From the NCBI GenBank assembly GCA_002269645.1, contig NIVC01000119.1:297323-361322 (forward strand): a DNA stretch of 64,000 nucleotides. The letters run 5' to 3'. The notes below the pieces were generated by a model that had not been told where the DNA came from, ran no database searches, and worked only from the letters and a program-made list of their open reading frames with translations. A program made the position numbers and the translations under genes. Below are positions 55,186 to 64,000 of the stretch, piece after piece; position 1 is the first letter of the stretch; every line of letters starts with the position of its first letter. This DNA comes from Macrostomum lignano (Eukaryota).

Positions 55186-55817
55186 AAAAAAGCAACAACA
55201 AAAGATGCAGTCTGCTGTTGTCATTCCCAGCTGCTTCTTCACACTCTGAAAGATTTCCAAGCCGATCTGGAGCCAACTGTATCCAAGACAGCACCCCCTA
55301 AGAAGTCCTGTCTATCACTAATCCTGTCTTTTTAAGCAGGGGCCATGAGGTGTGCTGGCTAGAAAACTGAAGCAGCAATGTAGCATATCATCTCACTCGC
55401 ATTCAATACTTAGAGCAGGTGTGGGCAATTTATATTCGCGATGAGAGCTAAAATCCTGAGGGAGGGGTTGACGGGTGCCAGCTACTAGGCCGTATTTTAG
55501 AGAGGCTTTATCAAGAGCCCAACAGAGGGTGTCAGAATCAATTTCTCAATATATTGGCATGGCACTCCATGAGGCGGCGGATTTGAAGTGCCAGCATTCT
55601 GGTGGAGACAAAATGCTGAAATATTTCAACGAAATGAATGTTTTATTTATTTACTACACCATTGCCAAGAAATAATGCTATCGTTTGAAATTTATGAAAC
55701 AGGTCTAATTAGTACATTCTATTGAGATCTATTTTAAACCGTCACACTACAGATAAAGTATTTTTTCGATACATATCGGCAATTAAACAGACACTGAAAA
55801 AATTTAATTTAATCAGT

Positions 55818-55820
55818 GTT

Positions 55821-55911
<91 letters not shown>

Positions 55912-55916
55912 GACTG

Positions 55917-55959
<43 letters not shown>

Positions 55960-55960
55960 G

Positions 55961-56051
<91 letters not shown>

Positions 56052-56052
56052 G

Positions 56053-56147
<95 letters not shown>

Positions 56148-56148
56148 G

Positions 56149-56244
<96 letters not shown>
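55818..56244. repeat. (TAAC)n microsatellite; a decayed continuation lies at 57214-57285
   Basis: Read directly. Confidence 0.96.
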
Positions 56245-57213
56245 CTTCGGGTGTGTCATAAGTAATGTCACTGCAGGCTTCTGTCTAAAATATGTAGGCA
56301 CATGGACTTGTGGGTAGTGTAGCTGCAAAGTATACTTAGTGAAGCAATAGCAGTGCATTTCAGACGTGCATAGGTTGTTTATGGCCCAAGCTATCGCAAG
56401 AATACGCCAAGCAGATTTAGCAAGTGCAACGCGATGAAAAATCGTCTATGCAGCGAACAAAAATCACCATGAATCTCGACATGACGCCTGCACCAAGCAG
56501 ATTCGCAAGGTGTTCAGCAGCCGGGGCTTGAATGACATCCTAAACTGCCTGGTTGCTGAGGATGAAAGCTGGCTCCACCTGGATGGCAAGGGCAGCAAGG
56601 CAGACAATCGCTGCTGGTTGGGAGCTGAGGACTCCAGGCCGATGGTGACTAGGAAGTCCATCTCGGACAAGAAGACCATGCTGCTGGTAGCCTTCACGCC
56701 AAACAAACGAGTCTCCATCTGCACAACTCCACCGAACACCAAGGTCGATGGCCAGTACTTTATCGACTTTTTCCGGCACACTGGAGACCTCTGGCGCACT
56801 CTCCGGTCAAATCCATGTCACCGGGACGAAGTTCTGTGGCAGATGGACACCGCACGGCTGCACACCTGAAGGCTGTTTCGAATTTTCTGCCTGCACGGCG
56901 AGTGAATCTGCTCTGACAGTCCCTACAGCCCGGACTTCAACTTGTGCAAGAGATTCCTGTTCAAATGGCTGAAGGCTGACTTTTCCAAGAAGAGTTTCGC
57001 AAACCATGAAGAGGTCAAACAGGCTGCGTTGCACTGGTTATGGCAGTTGGAGGAAAAACACCTGCAGGCTGAGGTGGACTAGCTGTATGAGCACTGCCAG
57101 AGGGTGATTGATATTGGGGGACTCTATGTTGTTGAGTGGTACAGTTTTGTTCATCTGCGATTGCAAGTTCGTCTGTTTTCACATCAGTGACATTACTTAT
57201 GACACACCCGAAG
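56245..57213 (+). mobile_element. Mariner (probably DD34D) transposon, 969 bp, internally deleted, transposase disabled
   Basis: Perfect 29-bp TIRs cttcgggtgtgtcataagtaatgtcactg (56245-56273, 57185-57213), TA on both sides; remnants EDESW, QMDTARLH, PYSPDFNLC(K)RFLF with stops. Confidence 0.93.
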
Positions 57214-57714
57214 TAACTAACTAACTGACTAACTAAATAACTAACTAACCAACTAACTGACTAACTGACTAACTAACTTAATTACTAAATAAATATACAA
57301 CCTCTACATTCAATAAGCATGTGATTATAAGCATAAACTTCTCTCGATTGAGACAGGGACATCCATCGAATGTTGAAAGGCTGTCTGTCACCAGACTCCG
57401 AAAGTTCCTAATATCGAATTGCTATATTAGCAATCATAATGGGTTAGTTAGTCAGATATGATTATTAGATTATTAAAGGAAAAGTTCCTTTACTCAAAGT
57501 TCCTGGACTGAGAGGCCACAAGAATAGATAAAAAGGTAACGAGTTATGCAAGGGAGAAAAGGGAACGAAGGGGAATACGGTATGAACTGAGTGGGTGTTC
57601 AAAACGGTAGCGGGTAGAAAGCGGGTCTCAAGGGAAAAATTATAGTGCACTGGGGCTGAGTCGAAAGCTTTGTTGAATATCACTTTTGCTGTTGGGGCGG
57701 AGCTGATAGATGAC

Positions 57715-58455
57715 TGGGCAGAGGAGAGGAGAGGAGAGGAGAGGAGAGGAGAGGAGAAGAGAGAGAGGAGAGGAGAGAAGAGAGAGGAGAGGAGAGGATA
57801 GGAGAAGAGAGAGAGGAGAGGAGAGAAGAGGAGAGAGGAGAGGAGAGGAGAGGAGACGAGAGGAGAGGAGAGAGGAGAGGAGAGAGGAGAGGAGAGGAGA
57901 GGAGAGGAGAGGAGAGGAGAGAGGAGAGGAGAGGAGAGGAGACGAGAGGAGAGGAGAGAGGAGAGGAGAGGAGAGGATAGGAGAGGAGAAGAGAGAGAGG
58001 AGAGGAGAGAAGAGAGAGGAGAGGAGAGGATAGGAGAGGAGAAGAGAGAGAGGAGAGGAGAGAAGAGAGAGGAGAGGAGAGGAGAGAGGAGAGGAGAGGA
58101 GAGGAGACGAGAGGAGAGGAGAGAGGAGAGAGGAGAGGAGAGAGGAGAGGAGAGGAGAGTAGAGGAGAGGAGAGGAGAGGAGAGGAGAGGAGAGGAGAGG
58201 AGAGGAGAGGAGAGGAGAGGAGAGGAGAGGAGAGGAGAGGAGAGGAGAGGAGAGGAGAGGAGAGAGGAGAGGAGAGGAGACGAGAGGAGAGGAGAGAGGA
58301 GAGAGGAGAGGAGAGAGGAGAGGAGAGGAGAGGAGAGGAGAGGAGAGGAGAGGAGAGAGGAGAGGAGAGAAGAGAGAGGAGAGGAGAGAGGAGAGAGAGA
58401 GAGAGGAGAGGAGAGGAGAGGAGAGGAGAGGAGAGGAGAGGAGAGGAGAGGAGAG
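57715..58455. repeat. (GAGAG/GAGGA)n purine array
   Basis: Read directly. Confidence 0.95.
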
Positions 58456-58679
58456 ATACAGATATGCGAACTGTGATAGAATATTTATTGTGATTGGTAT
58501 ATGAAATAGCTTCTTGCTCTAAAGAGAATATTAATCTAAATTTAGTTCGATTTATGATATATCGTTACCAGAACTCAGTACAGACGGTTGCTATACAGAT
58601 AAAGCTCAATTAATATTTAGTCTGAAGTTGGATTGTGATTGAAATATTAGCGATTGTGTTCTACTGGGCCCATTTTATC

Positions 58680-59965
58680 GATTTTTATCGATAATGAGGT
58701 CTACTTTATAAATAATTAGGTTTTTTATCAATAATCAGTTCTACTCCATCGATAATCAGGTTCTAAATCGTCGATAATAAGTCTATTTCATCGATAATCA
58801 GGTCTATTTATCGATAATCATGTCTATTTCATCGATAATCAGGTCTATTTATCGATAATCATGTCTATTTCATCGATAATCAGGTCTATTTATCGATAAT
58901 CATGTCTATTTCATCGATAATCATGTCTATTTCATCGGTAATCATGTCTATTTCATCGGTAATCAGGTCTATTTATCGATAATCAGGTCTATTTCATCGG
59001 TAATCAGGTCTATTTCATCGGTAATCAGGTCTATTTATCGATAATCAGGTCTATTTCATCGGTAATCAAGTCTATTTATCGATAATCATGTCTATTTCAT
59101 CGGTAATCAGATCTATTTATCGATAATCATGTCTATTTCATCGGTAATCAGGTCTATTTATCGATAATCATGTCTATTTTATCGGTAATCAGGTCTATTT
59201 ATCGATAATCAAGTCTATTTCATCGGTAATCAGGTCTATTTATCAATAATCATGTCTATTTCATCGGTAATCAGGTCTATTTATCGATAATCATGTCTAT
59301 TTCATCGGTAATCAGGTCTATTTATCGATAATCAAGTCTATTTCATCGGTAATCAGGTCTATTTATCGGTAATCAGGTCTATTTCATCGGTAATCAAGTC
59401 TATTTCATCGGTAATCAGGTCTATTTATCGATAATCATGTCTATTTCATCGGTAATCAGGTCTATTTATCGATAATCAGGTCTATTTCATCGGTAATCAG
59501 GTCTATTTATCGATAATCATGTCTATTTCATCGGTAATCAAGTCTATTTATCGATAATCATGTCTATTTCATCGGTAATCAGGTCTATTTATCGATAATC
59601 AGGTCTATTTCATCGGTAATCAGGTCTATTTATCGATAATCATGTCTATTTCATCGGTAATCAGGTCTATTTATCGATAATCAAGTCTATTTCATCGGTA
59701 ATCAGGTCTATTTATCGGTAATCAGGTCTATTTCATCGGTAATCAAGTCTATTTCATCGGTAATCAGGTCTATTTATCGATAATCATGTCTATTTCATCG
59801 GTAATCAGGTCTATTTATCGATAATCAGGTCTATTTCATCGGTAATCAAGTCTATTTCATCGGTAATCAGGTCTATTTATCGATAATCAAGTCTATTTCA
59901 TCGGTAATCAAGTCTATTTCATCGGTAATCAGGTCTATATTATCGATAATCAAGTCTATTTCAGG
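58680..59965. repeat. 20/21-bp alternating minisatellite
   Basis: gtctatttcatcggtaatcag / gtctatttatcgataatcat. Confidence 0.95.
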
Positions 59966-59992
59966 TAAAGTGGCTCGCTTAACGAAAAGTAG

Positions 59993-60133
59993 ATAAATAA
60001 AAGTCAATAGCAACATGAAGTTTTAGTTATTTATTTGAGTTGCCGATGCATTTTGTCCAACTATTGGAATCATCTTCAGGGTCGAAATCAAATAAATGAC
60101 TAAAACTTCATGTTGCTATTGACTTTTATTTAT
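59993..60133 (-). ncRNA. 46-bp inverted repeat enclosing a degenerate minimal (Penelope-type) hammerhead ribozyme
   Basis: Arms 59993-60038 and 60088-60133 (1 mismatch); minus-strand loop cc-CTGAAGA-tg-at-TCCAA-tag-TTGGA-c-AAA-ATGCAT-C-gg. Confidence 0.55.
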
Positions 60134-60541
60134 TTACAAGTCTCTTTCATCGATGAGTGGCATTTTTATCGATAATTATGTATCATTTAAATATAGCTAT
60201 AATATTGGGTCAATTAATAACAAGGATTATTAATATTTTCGTATCAATACAAGCCTAAATATTCAGACCAATAAATGGTGGACTTACAATAAAAAATTGA
60301 TAGCTTTCTGCAAAAAAAATTTATACTGAGGTTGTAAAGGCTTGAGGCTCAGATAGCAACAAAAATATTGAGGATTTCTCGAAATTCTGATAGTTAGAAA
60401 GGGAAATATTCATTTTAATATTATATTGTTACTATTATTATTATTGCTAGCCAGCTATAGTATCCCGTGCGGTCTCATGGGAAGAAAAGGAATGTCATTA
60501 TGAGATTCGAATTCTCGCATTCGAGAGAATTTCAACGCTCC

Positions 60542-60542
<1 letters not shown>

Positions 60543-60598
<56 letters not shown>
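60543..60598. repeat. (GA)n microsatellite
   Basis: Read directly. Confidence 0.95.
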
Positions 60599-60601
<3 letters not shown>

Positions 60602-61269
60602 TAGAGAATTAAACCCTCTATACAGATCTGTGAAGCTCATGCGTGTTTATAATTTTATGCTAATTCGTCTGCTTGCAGCTGGTGGCCTGGCCCCATGCTT
60701 GTGCTACGCTGACATTCGTATAATATTTCTATCAGCTATGGAGTTTGGCTTGACACCTTCAGCCTGGGTGTAAAGCAGTCCGAATGCATAAATTCTTTCT
60801 TTGGACAGAAAAAATTCATTTATGGACACTCGCACTATCGGGACATGATACTGATGTGTTTACTGGATTGGTGAAGGGGTGAATGTGTGAATAGGTGAAT
60901 TAGTGAATGTCTAATGGGTGAATGTGTGAATAAGATATGACTATACATAATATAAAGACTTGCTAGACATGTTAAATTGCACAGAAATGATATCCAAAGC
61001 AGGACATGCGCAGTCATATTGCACAGATAAGTACTAAACAGTAGCAATGATAAGTATGTAGGAGAATTTATTAATTTCCCGTCCAAGGGTAACCCCCAGC
61101 TGGGTGGACTCTCACGCATAATCACAACGCTGAGCTAACAGCGTATCAGATGGAAACTGGAAAGGAATTCGAATTCTGTCACGAGTCCTCGAGACTCCCT
61201 AACGAATCGTTAAGTACTTGGCTAAGCTTGAACTGTGCGTTCTGGGAAATTTACTCTTCCCATTCTTTG

Positions 61270-61700
61270 GTAGCAAAATATTTTTCTGATAGTGCTGCAA
61301 AACCTTTGAGGCATTTGAATTACATGAAACAACTTCGGTTATTTTCTAATAGTGCTGCAAAACCTTTGAGGCATTTGAATTACATGAAACAACTTCGGTT
61401 ATTTTCTAATAGTGCTGCAAAACCTTTGAGGCATTTGAATTACATGAAACAACTTCGGTTATTTTCTGATAGTGCTGCAAAACCTTTGAGGCATTTGAAT
61501 TACATGAAACAACTTCGGTTATTTTCTGATAGTGCTGCAAAACCTTTGAGGCATTTGAATTACATGAAACAACTTCGGTTATTTTCTGATAGTGCTGCAA
61601 AACCTTTGAGGCATTTGAATTACATGAAACAACTTCGGTTATTTTCTAATAGTGCTGCAAAACCTTTGAGGCATTTGAATTACATGAAACAACTTCGGTT
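61270..61700. repeat. 60-bp minisatellite, about 7 copies
   Basis: ttttctgatagtgctgcaaaacctttgaggcatttgaattacatgaaacaacttcggtta. Confidence 0.96.
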
Positions 61701-61710
61701 ACATTGGACT

Positions 61711-62554
61711 TGACTTGACTTACTTGACTTAGCTGCAGGGCTGTCCCGGAGGGGACACAGCGGGAAGGCGCGGGCGCCCATTCCGCTAGTCCCTGAACGG
61801 CCGACGCGTCGCTATGGACGGAGGGTTGGCGCCGCCCAGGGAGGTCCCCCAGTGTCGCCAGCAGCTATGGTGCTCTCTGGAAAGGAGAGTTCAGCCCTGC
61901 GGGTGGCCCGAAGGTAGCGCATGAGCTGATTAAAGTTTTCGGGTTTGCACGCTTCAGTAATAGATGTGTGTGGCCCGAGGTAAGTGAGTCTGGCCCGCGT
62001 GAAGGCGGGACAGATGCTGACGAAATGCTCAGCGGTTTCGTCACCTGAGTTGCAGAAGCTACAGGTGGCGTTGGTGGCGTTGCCCTGCAGGTGCTGGTGC
62101 CTGGAGAAGCAGCCGTGACCAGAGAGGGTCATGGTGGCAGCCCGGATGTCTCTGCGCGAGAGGCGCAAGAGGAGCTTCCGGAGCTGGTGAGAGGGCTGAG
62201 GGACAGCGCCTCTGGATTGCCTGCAGTTCGTGCGGTTCGCCCAAGTCGAGCGGTGCTGAGTCCTGATCCACGCTTTGATGCGCGAGTCGATGACACAGCC
62301 AGGAATCGGGACAAGAGGTTCGGGGCCGAGAGAGGAGCCGGAGGCACCAACTTTTGCAAGGGTGTCAGCCAACTCATTTCCTCGGATCCCCACATGCCCC
62401 GGAACCCACTTAAGGGTAATTTTGTTGGCGGAACCCAACACATTGAGGAGTTTGATACAGTCAAGGACTGTAGCAGAGTTGGTGCTGCAGCCACTGATGG
62501 CGTGCAAGGCAGCTTGGCTGTCCGAATGGAAAATGATGTTCTTACCAGTAACGC
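61711..62554 (-). mobile_element. 5'-truncated LOA-type LINE (RNase H, CCHC, 3' UTR, (AAGTC)n tail) with 15-bp TSD
   Basis: FHSDSQAAL...WVPGHVGIRGNELADTLAK (RNase H); SGHG...CSFCNSGDETAEHFVSIC; TSD cggttacattggact at 61696-61710 and 62555-62569. Confidence 0.92.
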
Positions 62555-62569
62555 CGGTTACATTGGACT

Positions 62570-63350
62570 CTCCCAGATTTACATTAGACACTAAAGAGTT
62601 ACATTAGATACTCAAGAGTTACATTAGACACTCCAGATTTACATTAGACACTAAAGAGTTACATTAGATACTCTAGAGTTACATTAGATACTCTAGAGTT
62701 ACATTAGACACTCCAGATTTACATTAGACACTAAAGAGTTACATTAGATACTCAAGAGTTACATTAGACACTAAAGAGTTACATTAGATACTCAAGAGTT
62801 ACATTAGACACTAAAGAGTTACATTAGACACTAAAGAGTTACATTGGATACTCTAGAGTTACATTAGATACTCAAGAGTTACATTAGACACTCCAGATTT
62901 ACATTAGACACTAAAGAGTTACATTAGATACTCAAGAGTTACATTAGACACTAAAGAGTTACATTAGATACTCAAGAGTTACATTAGACACTCCAGATTT
63001 ACATTAGACACTAAAGAGTTACATTAGATACTCTAGAGTTACATTAGATACTTAAGAGTTACATTAGATGCTCAAGATTTACATTAGACACTAAAGAGTT
63101 ACATTAGATACTCAAGAGTTACATTAGATACTCAAGAGTTATATTAGACACTAAAGAGTTACATAAGATACTCAAGAGTTACATTAGACACTCCAGATTT
63201 ACATTAGACACTAAAGAGTTACATTAGATACTCAAGAGTTACATTAGACACTAAAGAGTTACATTAGATACTCAAGAGTTACATTAGACACTCCAGATTT
63301 ACATTAGACACTAAAGAGTTACATTAGACACTAAAGAGTTACATTAGATA
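62570..63350. repeat. 20-bp minisatellite (acattagacactaaagagtt)
   Basis: Period 20. Confidence 0.96.
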
Positions 63351-63650
63351 TTGCAGAGCTACAAAAGATTTTCCAGAGTACATTAGATTACTCTAATTAT
63401 ATTAGGTACTCCAGAGCTACAATAGACTCTCCGAAGTTACATTAGACCCTCAAGAGTGTCATTAGAATTTTCTGAGCTACATTAGAGACTTTAAAATTAC
63501 ATTATAATTCTCGGATTTACATTAGAAACAATGAAAATTGCAGTAGAACCAGAGCTATTGTATCACAGATTTACATCAGAATCCCGTTAAAAGTACATTT
63601 GAACACCGGGCTCATATGCGACACTGCTTTCCCCAATTCTCCTCTCACAG

Positions 63651-64000
63651 GCATCCTGGGCCTGTGGATTGGTTTCAGCATCGTGACTCTATTCGAATTC
63701 GCCGAATTATTCATAATATGCGCCTCATACTACTGGTACCTACTGATCAGCAAGCTGCCCAGCATCCGCAAGAGCCGGCATCCGCTTCGAATCCCAAAAC
63801 CGCACCCAGTCGGCCTGCGACGCCAAATTCGCCGAGACATTGAGCTGATCTCCAACTCGGGCCAGGGGAACTCGTCATCGCAGCAGGCGTCCCCATCTCT
63901 ATTGGCAACCGGCAGGCCGGCATGCACCAACAATCGAGCGCCACTGTCATCATCCTCATTTGCCAATCATCATCACCATCATCAGCTCCGGCTGGACGGC
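63651..64000 (+). CDS. DEG/ENaC channel, TM2 and C-terminal exon (not in the ORF track; runs off the window)
   Basis: ctctcacAG|gc completes the split Gly codon, then ILGLWIGFSIVTLFEFAELF, open to the window end; intron 50736-63650 is GT-AG, phase 1. Confidence 0.9.

Noticed and set aside
6829-55335. Many long low-complexity ORFs (HLINQGLL, VCLS, ERRE/LSPL, KAPGA, DEGES, MAAIK and similar)
   Set aside because: All coincide with tandem arrays that are open in several frames or on both strands; no unique domain, start or splice context.

Overview
Eukaryotic (metazoan) genomic window. The style (GC-rich Gly/Ala-rich exons, AT-rich spacers, minisatellite-filled introns, TTAGGG repeats) suggests a Macrostomum-like flatworm, but that is an unverified guess. 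Four spliced protein genes can be assembled by eye, all on the + strand: (1) a cyclase-associated protein (CAP/Srv2) with an apparently duplicated N-terminal oligomerisation + helical-folded-domain module (16344-20486); (2) DGCR6/gonadal (22122-27148); (3) DYNC2I1/WDR60 (29468-32649); (4) a FaNaC-like DEG/ENaC channel (48968 to past 64000, with a 12.9 kb intron). Mobile DNA comprises two pieces of LOA/R1-type LINEs, an RTE LINE 3' end, a MITE, a head-to-tail pair of non-autonomous Helitrons carrying satellite arrays and tRNA-like modules, two tRNA-SINEs, an internally deleted mariner, and a 46-bp palindrome with a Penelope-type hammerhead-like core at its apex. Roughly 45% of the window (hand estimate, about 29 kb) is tandem repeat from more than 20 unit families, which explains most long low-complexity ORFs in the track. 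Repeat boundaries are approximate; splice sites were read from the sequence and have no transcript support.
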